DNA of 63,639 bases, counting the filler, from Asterionella formosa (Eukaryota), in NCBI GenBank assembly GCA_002256025.1. It is 13 parts of 13 records of this genome, joined end to end, with 100 filler letters (N's around TTAATTAATTAA, not from the genome) between each part and the next. Parts side by side here need not be neighbours in the genome. Positions count along the whole stretch, not along the records: positions 23,523 to 46,886 come from NKIB01002497.1; positions 46,987 to 48,410 come from NKIB01002501.1; positions 48,511 to 49,934 come from NKIB01002502.1; positions 50,035 to 51,457 come from NKIB01002504.1; positions 51,558 to 52,980 come from NKIB01002505.1; positions 53,081 to 54,503 come from NKIB01002506.1; positions 54,604 to 56,025 come from NKIB01002507.1; positions 56,126 to 57,548 come from NKIB01002508.1; 5 more parts are not named here. One strand, written 5' to 3'. The notes under the pieces were generated by a model. The model had not been told where the DNA came from and did no database searches. It worked only from the letters and a program-made list of their open reading frames with translations. Positions 45,763 to 57,648 of this stretch are shown here, piece by piece; position 1 is the first letter of the stretch; the number at the start of each line of letters is the position of its first letter. Position numbers and translations under genes: made by a program.

Positions 45763-46768
45763 GTACGGCGTTTCAAGGTTACATTCATCCGTAATGGCAA
45801 GCGCCTGATCTGAGGGTGGGAAAATAATGTGAGCTTGGATCCTAGCAAGAGCTCTGATCTACTTCTTCTTTCAGCTTTTCCTCCTTACCTTCATTCCGAA
45901 GATAACAGGAGATGTTCATCTTGAATATACCAAAGCGTTCAATACTCTTGCTTATGCTTGCAGTTAGGAAAATAATTTTTAGTTTTTGTTGGGATTATTT
46001 AGTTCTCGTGCCTTTTTTAACAAGGAGCAATTTTCCAGAGGTCTCGAGTTACACATGTTCCATTGACACTTGCAATGATCCACTGTACAAAGTACACATC
46101 CATATATGTATTAACTGGCTATTTACGTGCATGATGCTTGCCAACTAATATTCGATACCATCTTATTTTTAATTACAGTTCAGCAGACAATGTAATTACC
46201 GGCATATACTATTCTCGGTATTATATTTCATTTAAATGAACCTTTGTTGGAGGCAGTGACGTTGGGGTCTGGATGCACGCGTGCTTAAGCGCGAAGACGT
46301 TCGGAGAACTGAAAGAAGACAGAGCGAGCCGCAGCGCCGCTCTTATATGATTACAATATGCATGGTACATAGCGATGCTATAAAATGTAATAGTCCACCG
46401 TATTTAAATTGACATTTAAGCAGATGACTCTCTCCTCATGATTTTCGATAGTACGAGGTACAATATCCTTCCTAATAACGTTCCGTAGGAGAAAATATTC
46501 GAACATCGCAACAAATTCTACATAATAATGGGGTCATAAGATGTCAACTACTTTGACAATTCGTTGGGGAGTCATTCACTTCCAAGAGGCATTTCCTTGT
46601 TTGCTACATAGCCACATGAATGAGGCCACTCCACCACTGGTATAATATGTGCGTATTGAATGACATTTAGGAACATGATGCTTGCCTCGATAGAAATCAC
46701 AATGATACAATTCAGAATACCTGGTGGAGCACCAGATACCAGTAATAAACGGAGCCTGGTACCGTATA

Positions 46769-46851
46769 CTTCATTGTCCTGGACCCCCCAATGTACACTG
46801 CCGTGACTGAATTTGACTGATTTTACTTAAGGGGGGCCCAGGACAATGAAG
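46769..46851. mobile_element. 83-bp MITE-like inverted repeat
   Basis: CTTCATTGTCCTGGACCCCCC ... GGGGGGCCCAGGACAATGAAG: 21-bp arms with one mismatch. Confidence 0.55.
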
Positions 46852-46986
46852 AGATTTCCCTTATAATGGACCTAAGTAAATTTCTTNNNNNNNNNNNNNN
46901 NNNNNNNNNNNNNNNNNNNNNNNNNNNNNNTTAATTAATTAANNNNNNNNNNNNNNNNNNNNNNNNNNNNNNNNNNNNNNNNNNNN

Positions 46987-47044
46987 CAGGTCCAATGGAA
47001 GCGAGACCGAGAAAGAGGGTAGCCAAGCAGTAAATCTTCTTCAT
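46987..47044 (-). CDS. N-terminus (signal peptide) of a gene truncated by the contig end
   Basis: MKKIYCLATLFLGLASIGP runs into the linker; palindromic motif cluster lies upstream at 47436-47510. Confidence 0.4.
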
Positions 47045-48510
47045 GATGGAACCAACGTTTCGAGCTTGTCTTTGAAAACCCCCTGCGCGACGATTGAATG
47101 TCGTTGTGTCTCGTTGCGTATCCACTAATTCAGGAAGTAGTAATGATTGACTTGACAGAGGCTTCTCTACAAACAGAAACAGGAGCAGCAACAGCAGCAA
47201 CAGCAGCAGCAGCAGCAGAGTGTCAGCGTACAAGTTATGACCGACCGGTACTCCTATGTACTGAATTTATGGACAGTGCTGCACTGCATGCAAGGTTTTT
47301 TTAATCTCGAAATATGCATTAGTTATTGCTTGGAAATGACCTTTAGCTTAGAGTCTACGTAAAACAGTCTCTGGCGGTCACAAGGTTCGTCAAGTTGTTA
47401 ATCATTTTCATAGGCACATTTTAAGTAGAGTGTTAGGTACCCCGTACCGGTACCTGGTACCAGGTACCTGGTACAGTACCACTTCCTAGTACCTGGTACC
47501 ACCTACCGGTAGTTCCCTAAAGTTGTTTGGTGCGGTACGAGTACTGGTACTAGGAAGTATGTTGTTCATACAAATTCCAGTAGAAATGGGCCGTTGGGAG
47601 GCATCATGGCTGGTTCCAGACCACGAGTAAGGTGTCTGCTGTACCGTTGTTGTTATAATGTCAAAGTCCGGAGTTACGAGTACATACATAAATATTGCTC
47701 TATGGGTATATCAGAGGCATGGATGCATATTTATTCATATATACCGGTAATAAATTTGAGGTTTGGTCATACCGATGGTTGATGAGAGGACGTTAAGAAA
47801 CTGGTTCCTGGTAGAAATACTGTATACAAATCTGATCGGGGGTCCATGGTATTGGTCATTTGCCTTATGTAACAATGCCGTATAATACTGAATGCCTGTA
47901 CCGGAAGGTTTATATGCGCATGGCGAATCTTTGGGACAAAGCGACAGGATGACTTTCTTCGGATATGATGATCCAGGGACACAACTCTACCAGTAGTCGA
48001 CTGGTACAAATATATTTCAAAAGGTCTTCTTGATATTGTTCAAGAGCAGAGATCAAATATAAATATATAACCGATGGTGTTCGTGGTTGAGTCCAAATAC
48101 AATGGTTGTCATCCAGGATTCTTTTTAAATAAACCGCAGTTCACTTTTGTCTTTATTCAATTAAACATATTCAATCAACTATCTTTTCCTCATGTTAGAG
48201 TCATTGAATTTCCTTCACTTAGTCCTTGTAACATATTAAACTATAACTGTAGACATGGACCCAACAATGCTAGGAGCAGGCAAATCATCTGTTTCTTGTA
48301 TCATTTGCTTGCTCAAGGTAAATGGAAACAGTAGAATCTAGGGGGCAAAAGTCCCAAACACTTTTCTCATGAATTAAAATAGAGTATGCAATGACAATTG
48401 AACAAGTTTANNNNNNNNNNNNNNNNNNNNNNNNNNNNNNNNNNNNNNNNNNNNTTAATTAATTAANNNNNNNNNNNNNNNNNNNNNNNNNNNNNNNNNN
48501 NNNNNNNNNN

Positions 48511-48787
48511 ACAATGTTGATGCAAATGGTAATCCTCGACAAAGATTTTGTATGAATCGCCAAGCCACCTCCATCCGACAGCTGTCGGAATGGGGAATGC
48601 GATGCCTTCAGGGATCATTTCCGAGAATCAAAGACAATTTCGTTATGAAGAAAAAAGTGAGAGAAAATGAATTCTCCAAATGATTGTATTGCTCTACAAC
48701 TTTCGTGCTAGCAAAGTTGATCAGAACCAAATTGCTTCAGTGTATATGCCCTATTTGCATAGGAATGCAAATAGATATGCCATGTAA
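48511..48787 (+). pseudogene. 3' end of a PIF/Harbinger-type (DDE_Tnp_4) transposase, disrupted
   Basis: NRQATSIRQLSEWGMRCLQGSFPRIKD / RYEEKSERK*ILQMIVLLYNFRASKVDQNQIASVYMP; contains the catalytic E, one frameshift and one in-frame TGA. Confidence 0.75.
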
Positions 48788-48864
48788 TTCAAAGAAATTA
48801 TTCCTTCGTGATTATTTAGCACCACTTCTTTCACATTATATTAGAATGAATTATTTTAAGGTTG

Positions 48865-49934
48865 TTATTCATCATCACTAATACTGCTACCACTGTTTTT
48901 TGGTGTTTGACATTGAGTTGAGGCAGACAAAGTTTGTTGTGCATTGGCACCTGCTGTCGAGGAGGTTAGATTTTGGCTTTGCATTGTTTGCTGCATTGAA
49001 ATCATGTTTGAAGCAATAATTGAATTCATAATTGCCTGAGTGGGATTGGCACTGTCAGTGGAGGTGGTTGTTTGAGATACCCCATGATTCAACAATGATG
49101 CCATGATTGACATCATCATCATGTTCATCATGTTCTGTTGCTGCAGTTGTTGCTGCTGCAGGCAGGTTATCAGTATCAGTTTGAGTAGCCTTGTGAAGCA
49201 ACTGTGTCGAAAGAAGAGAAAGCACTTTTTCAACAGGCCCAGTATTGTTTGACACTGGCTGCCTTATCTCTAAATCCGATTTCTCGAGGGGACACCATAG
49301 GTCGAGGAAATCTTGAACCAGAAAAATTAGCATAAGCGGCAGATGTTGCTCCACCATTGTCTTCACTCTCCCCAGAAATCGCTATAAAATCATCATCAAC
49401 ATTTGGCTCATCAATATTGGGCTCATTGGGCTCTCTCTCTATTCCAAGATCAGTGGATTCAATCTCAGCACTTGCATCTGCTCGTTGCTCGATTCTTCGA
49501 AAAATTTGTTTGGCATATCTCACCTCAGCATGGCATGTTGGGTCCCCAGTTGGTTTCTTAACTTTGTGAAGTTGTGAAAACTTTCGGTGAAGTGAAGGTC
49601 CTGTCCGTTCTTTGTCTGGGAAATTCTCGTCGTGCTGTGATGCAACAACTTCCCATTCATGGCACCCAATTGGCAGGTGAGTAGAAATGGTTTCCAGCAA
49701 TGAGAGAATCTCATTGATCCTGAACTGTTGACCCCAACTCTGCATGCTTCGGCGAGCTCTTGGAAACGTTGGTGCTCGCCTGGCAGTTGCTGTTCTTGAA
49801 ACTGAACTAGTAGGAGCACGTGAAAAATCGTTGTTGTTCCTTGATGGGGACTGAGTAACCCCAGAAACACCAATCTGAGAAACACCTGGGACACCCATCC
49901 TAATGTCCTCATCGTCACTGGCAAACTCATCAGC
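48865..49934 (-). pseudogene. Myb/SANT-like (DUF6818-like) DNA-binding accessory gene of the Harbinger element, frameshifted
   Basis: FRINEILSLLETISTHLPIGCHEWEVVASQH...RTGPSLHRKFSQLHKVKKPTGDPTCHAEVRYAKQI; acidic region then Q/M-rich tail split over three frames; convergent with the transposase relic on the same contig. Confidence 0.7.
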
Positions 49935-50159
49935 NNNNNNNNNNNNNNNNNNNNNNNNNNNNNNNNNNNNNNNNNNNNTTAATTAATTAANNNNNNNNNN
50001 NNNNNNNNNNNNNNNNNNNNNNNNNNNNNNNNNNTAAGAAAAGTACCAGTATTTTTTTGGAAGTTCCGGTAAAGGACGGTTAACCATACCGGTAAACCGG
50101 TATCATTGTGGTGTTTCATCATCCCCCTGTCGTCCACATCATGCACGGCTTCACCATTA

Positions 50160-51457
50160 GGGTCGTTCTTATCATTTTTTTTCGTGTATCACGGAATTTG
50201 AATTTTTTTGAAAATGTATCAGCAACGGTAACTCGATTTGAACTGAATTTCATTCATTCCAAAAGTGTCACTGTATCACTAATTTGTGATCACATTGTAT
50301 CATGGAGTAAAATGAATCTTCAACGGCAACAGGCTGGCGAAGATCATGTGTATATCCCTCCAGAATATAATGATGGTCTTGATATCAAGCAACAACAAAA
50401 TATAATTACCGGGAAACTAAATATAATATTAAAAACACACATTTGCATGAATCATGTCGTCGCCATTTGATTTACTTGATGATAATGACGATGACAGTAG
50501 TGATCTTGATTTCTTCTTCCTCTGTCATTTAACTAAGGAAGCAGAGGAAAAAGAACACTCATCCAAACGACAAAGGCGACGCTGTAAACGGCAGCTTCAG
50601 TCATCTGAACGACGACGACAACGAAGGCACAAGTGGCACCACGAAAGAATCTCCTGGCAATCACATGTCGAGAAACTCAATCACGAGATTGCTTTCGAGA
50701 AGACATACAGAATGTCACACAGAGCATTCAAAAAACTCACCTCCATGCTGGAAATTCAGATTGCAGGGAATTATTCCAAATGTGGCACTTCTGAGCCCAT
50801 AATTCCCGAAATTGTGGTAGCCATTGGTTTGCGATGGCTGGCTGGTGGCAGTTACATCGACATTCGTCATGCCTACGGTTGTAGCATTGCTTCACTTTAT
50901 CGATGTCGTGATTTGTTCATTGATGCTGTACTAAACTGTGAAGAACTCGAAATTATTTTTCCAAAAGAAAAAGAAGAATTTATCAAATTGGCTTCCAGCT
51001 TTGAATGCAAAAGCTCAGAGGGCGTGATGAGAGGATGTGTTGGTGCTATTGACGGCTTCCTTGCCACCATCAACCGCCCGACTATAGTTGAAAGTGGCAA
51101 CAACCCTGGTTCATTTTTTTCCGGTCACTACATGACTTATGGAATCAATGTCCAGGCTGTTTGTGATGCTGACTCAAGATTTATTTATTTTGGTGTAATT
51201 GCACCGGGAAAATGCAGTGACCAAGTAGCTTTTGAAAAAACTTCCATTTTCGATCAAGTTGCAGCATTCAACACAGGTTTTTATCTGGTCGGCGATGCAG
51301 CTTACACATTGTCTGATGTAATGCTTGTTCCCTTTGTTGGCTCACAACGTGATGATCCAACACAGGATACATTTAACTTTTTCCTTTCACAGCTAAGGAT
51401 AAGAATAGAAATGGCATTTGGTCTTCTTCAGACAAAATGGTGTGTTCTGAAAAAAAA
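50160..51457 (+). mobile_element. PIF/Harbinger DNA transposon, left end (copy 1)
   Basis: Starts GGGTCGTTCTTATC directly after TTA (50157-50159); identity with copy 2 begins exactly here. Confidence 0.9.
50454..51457 (+). CDS. PIF/Harbinger transposase (HARBI1-like, DDE_Tnp_4), truncated by contig end
   Basis: FEKTYRMS...F..L, LRWLAGGSY.D, CVGAIDG, INVQAVCDA, LVGDAAY, FNFFLSQLRIRIEMAFGLL (D-D-E triad). Confidence 0.95.
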
Positions 51458-51849
51458 NNNNNNNNNNNNNNNNNNNNNNNNNNNNNNNNNNNNNNNNNNN
51501 NTTAATTAATTAANNNNNNNNNNNNNNNNNNNNNNNNNNNNNNNNNNNNNNNNNNNNGATTGCCACCTGGCATCCCCTGGAAGGCCCAGTAGCACACATT
51601 TTATGCATACTTACTCAGTTTCGACTCACTTACAATGACTCATCCCATAATACAGCAAGATATGGATAGTTTCTCCAAAATAGGCTTTAGTGTGCGTGCA
51701 ATACAAGATGTACCTTGTATTGGGTTTTACTATTTCGCATCCACTTTGTATTGGAAAACCAGTGAGATCATCAATTCCAATTTAAGGTATGCATACCTTG
51801 TTTTGGACATGCCCATAAAAGTTGTACCTTGGTTGATTTGGGCCAAATT

Positions 51850-52010
51850 CAATACAGCCCTTGAATTGAACCCAATAAGAACTTATTTGCACCAAAACCA
51901 TTACAGTATCAGGATAATCATGATTTAGACCCCATAAAGGTAGCAGCCCTTGAATTGGACACAGTAACTCATTTGCAAAACCCATTACAATATCAGGATC
52001 ATCATCATTT
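51850..52010. repeat. Tandem duplication of ~89 bp
   Basis: CAGCCCTTGAATTG.AC.CA.TAA...ATTTGCA...CCATTACA.TATCAGGAT.ATCAT at ~51855 and ~51944. Confidence 0.65.
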
Positions 52011-53301
52011 CAAGGATAATAGAAAAAGTCTTAAATAATTTATTCCTTTACAACTGTTCAAATTTATTTAGCTATTCTAACAAAAATGAATTCATTGTAG
52101 ATTCCTGCAGCAATATCGAATTTCTGAACATTATGTTTGAATCATCTTTTGGTTCTCAAGCCCCGCCACCTTTGCCTTCATCGCAATTCACCAATCCTCT
52201 ACCAGCCAAAGGAAATTGTAGTGCTGAGAAAGATGTTGACAACGAAGCTCATCAATGACAGAAGCAATAGCATTATTGAGAAATAGCATGCATAAACAAT
52301 ACAACAACAAAACCTTCACCAATTGGAATACTTGCATCATTTTGCATGAATCAATCGGAGCACTCAACAATTCACCGATCCTTCAATTACATCAAAAGGA
52401 GCACTGAGACAGATGGTCTTTCTGAAGCACTCCTGAAAATGAACAGAATCACGATGACAGGTGAGAAATAATGCACAAGCAAAAATACATCAAGTCCAAG
52501 AAAGTGGCAGGACATACATGCTATGACCATGGCGTGAAATAATTTCAATTCCTTACATATGGCACCTTATCTATGATTGTGCATGGTTGCCGTATATCAT
52601 GATGATGGATATGAAATAACTTGGAGGAACTATTTTTGTGATGTCAATACCGGTAAGTAGCATTGGCTCGTCGGAAATGTCCCAGTATGCATGCTATACA
52701 CGCTCAGTACAAAATAATATAATTTGAGCAACAAGTATATGCCAGCCAATCACATTGAAAATTTTGAAAGAATTCATTACTGGATGATCATATGAAACAA
52801 AGAATGACGGTTTTATTTGATCAATTTGGATGACAGACGAAGCCAAAATTTGGAAAATTTGGAAAGTATACTGCAATACTGAATGATGCATCATATAAAT
52901 CAAAAAATGACGGCTTTATTTAATCAAGGCCAATATGCATTACTATGATTTGTATCTACACTTTACCAGCAATCATGACCNNNNNNNNNNNNNNNNNNNN
53001 NNNNNNNNNNNNNNNNNNNNNNNNTTAATTAATTAANNNNNNNNNNNNNNNNNNNNNNNNNNNNNNNNNNNNNNNNNNNNAATCATCAGCTGTCAGTACT
53101 GTCTGAAACATAGTTTTTGACCGAGATTGCGGAATGCCCATGAGCTCTGCAATCTTCGTGGCGCACTGGTACTGCAACCAGAAGTCTGATCCACCACGGT
53201 TCAGCGGATCATACAAAAACAAGCGCTTAGAAAATACCTTAAAGACCTCATCCGTGCCAGCTATAAGCCAATGTGGAGCGACTTTTAATGTCCATGTGGA
53301 G

Positions 53302-53399
53302 TTATTCTTATGATTATTATATCCGTGGAGATATCCGGTACTCCCAGATATATTCTTATGATTATTATATCCGTGGAGATATCCGGTACTCCCAGATAT
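53302..53399. repeat. Perfect ~49-bp tandem duplication
   Basis: TATTCTTATGATTATTATATCCGTGGAGATATCCGGTACTCCCAGATA occurs twice. Confidence 0.9.
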
Positions 53400-53779
53400 C
53401 TGGTACATTGAACAACCGGCAAACCTATGTATAGTTACTGGTACCGATCAATATCTTTCCAATACATACCTACCGTTACGACAGGTATTATACACTGATG
53501 TATCTGAATAGCTCGTATGTACCACCTAATTGCTCAAGCTGTCCTCATCAGTCATGCAACTATTTTACACAAGATTCATCCTTTATTCTACTATATGTAT
53601 ATGAGTTTATGTACAGATGGTAGCGAATTTATACACTTTTTATAGATAAATTGAATTATCCCAAAAGCCCTTTCATCACCACTACCGGCATATTACTTAA
53701 AATGTGTGATACGAAATCGTAGTAGAAATGTAGCAAAGCGCGTTAGTACAAGAAAAGCATTGCTTGGCGGCAATATTGA

Positions 53780-54503
53780 CATCATTGTCAACGACTATAC
53801 AAATCAACAAATACAATCAACAACGGCACAATACCACATCTTCAATGAATATTCATTGATAAATGCATTGGTTCTCATGTAGATATGTAAAATCGAAACA
53901 AAACGACAATGCATAACGACAAACAACGATGGAAGCGATCAAAACAAACCACGGAAGCAATCAAATCGGAAAGTCGATAAATACGATCTACAATCCACAT
54001 TCAGTATTTCACTGTTGTACTCACCGATCCGCTTCAACTAGCATAACAAGCAGCAGACGATGGGATAAAGGAAAGACGAACGTTGCCTATTGCAAGCCCG
54101 AATAGAGCAAAGGCAGGCAAGATAGAGTGAGAACTATAATTGTGAGGACGAAATCGGGCATACGGTACGTAAAATCAATGAATATGTGAACGATATAATT
54201 CGACATTTCAGGTCTCGTAAAAATAATACCAAGTCTACAGAGATAATATTATAACGTGTTCAAAGTAAGCGTTAAAGCATAGCTTAAACCATGCATGGTT
54301 GTTTTTAGTACCACGTACGTATGTAGACTAGATGACTGCCGGTACCGGTAGAATATCCGTTAAGCATCATTACATACATGACCGGAGCAAAAACTTGCCA
54401 CCAACATCAGATGTATCGATATCATCGTGCGTCCGACGAAATATGGACGATGCGACTACATGAATACCTCGAGAAGACAAGCAATCCAACAATCAACCGC
54501 ATC
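53780..54503 (+). repeat. Dispersed repeat family B (upstream part)
   Basis: Colinear with 57649-58326 (ACTATACAAATCAACAAATA, CTAGCATAACAAGCAGCAGAC, CATGACCGGAGCAAAAACTTGCCACCAACATCAGAT). Confidence 0.9.
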
Positions 54504-55272
54504 NNNNNNNNNNNNNNNNNNNNNNNNNNNNNNNNNNNNNNNNNNNNTTAATTAATTAANNNNNNNNNNNNNNNNNNNNNNNNNNNNNNNNNNNNNNNNN
54601 NNNGGAGGTCCAAGGCTGGACCCTGGAGCAGGTCTCTTTGTAGCATGTGGAATGCATCAATTAGCGGATCCAATGTATAATGCATAGTTGTTGTTTTTTC
54701 TTGTGATGCTGCCAATTGTGGAGAAAATTATTTGTATTTTGGAAAACAAGTTGCTTCTGGCTTCCACTTCTTTCCAGTTGTTGCACTATTAACAAATACT
54801 TTTTCAAATGTTTTGATTTGATCAAATCTTGTCTCCTTGTTTTACTAGTATGCATGACAAACAAATATTGCTTCCTAAAAGGAACAATTTTCATTATACC
54901 TTCTGGAGTTGTGGACTTGGCAAGAATTGAAATCCATTTGTAAATGTTCTCCTTTCATAACCAGCTCCTCAGAGTTTCTGTTCTTACCATGAACCCAAAA
55001 ACTGCATCAAACAATCTTGATAGACGAGAGGTTCCCTAAATCTTGATATAGACTGGAAGTTAGTCCTATGTTGTATTATGTATACCATATGTACAACATG
55101 TATGTACCCCAATGTAACAACAATACACCCGTACCAAGTAGCTGTGGACTGTGTTTACAATGTATTTGTACCGGCTATTTATACTGGCATAGACCGCCCA
55201 GACTGCGCTGTACCTGAACGTACCAGGTTCGGGGGTAAAGTAGTAGACGCAACCGTATTCCTAGACTACTAT

Positions 55273-56025
55273 CGGGTATGAAAACGACACAGATGCATGC
55301 ATGCATGCATGATAGCGGGTTGATCGTGAGACAGAAACATGGTACCAGGTACCTGGTACCGACCGGTAAGCAAGGTTACTTTCTCACTTTCACTTTGTCT
55401 GGGAGTCTTTTGTATCAACATTTTGTCGGTAGTAGGAGTCGAAATGGAAAAATTCTCAATCATTTCCGGAATTTTGCTTAGCAGAATACCGGGTAAGCTA
55501 AAATGACCCTCAGGGTCATTAATCTATGTTAAATACTAATAAATGTACCTGTTGTACTGATACCAGTGTACCAGTACACTGTTTGTATAAAAAGTGTAAT
55601 TAATACTAGCTTGTCATTTCTCAAAATGTCCTCATCAGTCATGAAACGTTTTCATACAAGAAGATCCATTATATGTATTCAATATAAGTTTATATTCCGA
55701 TATGAGATATTGATAAATATCGGTAGATGATATGTGTGAATCATATACACAAAGCCCCTTTCAACACCATTTTCTATTGCTCATATACCGGTAGTGCACA
55801 TATCACGAAGGGCATATGTACAAACATATTTTATGATGGACAAAAGTTCCGGCATCATCATGGTCATGAATTCAAGTACCGGTATCGGTATGAAAACAAC
55901 ACAGATGCATGCATGCATGATAGTGGGTTGATCGTGAGACAGAAACATGGTACCGACCGGTAAGCAAGGTTACTTTCTCACTTTCCACTTTGTCTGGGAG
56001 GCTTTTGTATCAACATTTTTTCAGT
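55273..56025. repeat. Direct repeat of ~150 bp (55273-55425 and 55885-56025)
   Basis: GGTATGAAAAC.ACACAGATGCATGCATGCATGATAG.GGGTTGATCGTGAGACAGAAACATGGTACC...GGTAAGCAAGGTTACTTTCTCAC occurs twice. Confidence 0.9.
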
Positions 56026-56334
56026 NNNNNNNNNNNNNNNNNNNNNNNNNNNNNNNNNNNNNNNNNNNNTTAATTAATTAANNNNNNNNNNNNNNNNNNN
56101 NNNNNNNNNNNNNNNNNNNNNNNNNAACCGACCACGCATGGGATATGAAACAACGGTCAAACATAAGGTTCATGGAGTTAACATTACTAACACTACTAAC
56201 CTTGTTCCTGTTCGGAATCCTGTGCCTGTTCCACATGCTCGTATGTTAAATACATGGAGTCATAGTACTCGTCCATCCGGTTGGGGTACCGTGCCACGTG
56301 CCGATCCTACCGAGAATACATCTGCCCAGGAAAT

Positions 56335-57005
56335 TTCAGTGGTCACGAACCCTCCTGCTGGCCAGATAGTGACTTTTGTCCCTCCTATACAACAGCAGAT
56401 TGCTGATCGCCATTACAGAGGTATGTGCGATAATAGCGATGCTATTTCTAATGACTCGTTGAGTATATCTCACGTTAGTCATCACCTGAATAATATTGTT
56501 TATTTACAGGTTGAATACACTATGGATACCGCGGTTAATGTTGCGCGGGATATATATAACTGTATTGATGGACATGATGTTCCATATACATATCAGGGCC
56601 CAATTCCGGTTTCCTGTTTTACTTCTAAGGATATATTAACATCAATTGTTTCCAGAATCCTCGTACTCAAGGTGGTCGAGCAGGTCACATGACTGGTCGT
56701 CATAATGGATATGGTCGTTCCAGTTTTGGTAGACAAGGACATTTTAGTGGTCATGAACCCTCCTGTTGGTCAGTTAGTGGCCGATGTGCCTAATAAAAAA
56801 ACCAGCAGAATGCTGAACATATCGCCTTAACAGAAGTATGTGCGACAAAAGCAACAATGCTATGATTTTAATAATATACATATATATATATTTATGAGCG
56901 ACAGCACATTGAATATGTCTTACGTCAATCATTACCTGAATAACTTTTGTTATTTACAGGATAATTACAGGTTGGATATCACCGCTATTTTAACAAGGGA
57001 TATTT
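56335..57005 (+). repeat. Diverged tandem duplication of an exon-intron unit in an unidentified gene fragment
   Basis: GTGGTCA.GAACCCTCCTG.TGG and GTATGTGCGA...CCTGAATAA...TATTTACAGG at ~56338-56510 and ~56748-56960. Confidence 0.6.
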
Positions 57006-57648
57006 TAAAATGCAAATCTTAATTGCATTTCATTCTCATGTCATAAGCAACCCAAGCATTGGTGGCTGCGTTGTATATGCATGACATAAGATGAATATTA
57101 TTTGATCGCGGTGGGTCCTGATCTTTAACTTATGAATGGATTGCACTTCAGGACATTTCGTTGTAAATCGAACATTTATATTTAATATATACCATGCATA
57201 GCAGGTATGATCCCACCTTTTCTTCCTTTGCCAGTACTCAGCATGATGCTCTCAAAATTTAATCCGTCAGCTTGTATGTTGCAACAGAAGTACCTGGTCG
57301 TAGTACCTTCTGCGAGTTTGCTCATTTGTCCAGCTGATTAATTTATGACGGATAATTTACAAATACCATGTCCTGTCTGTATGGTGGATATATCAGTGTT
57401 TTTCTGCATGTCATGCATTCTTATAATGATACGCACAGAACATTTGCACAATGGTTTGTTATATTTTGATACACCTATCAAGGATTATGTTTACACATGG
57501 AACATTCAAGCTCCTAACTATACAGATACGGAAATATGCTGTTATGGCNNNNNNNNNNNNNNNNNNNNNNNNNNNNNNNNNNNNNNNNNNNNTTAATTAA
57601 TTAANNNNNNNNNNNNNNNNNNNNNNNNNNNNNNNNNNNNNNNNNNNN

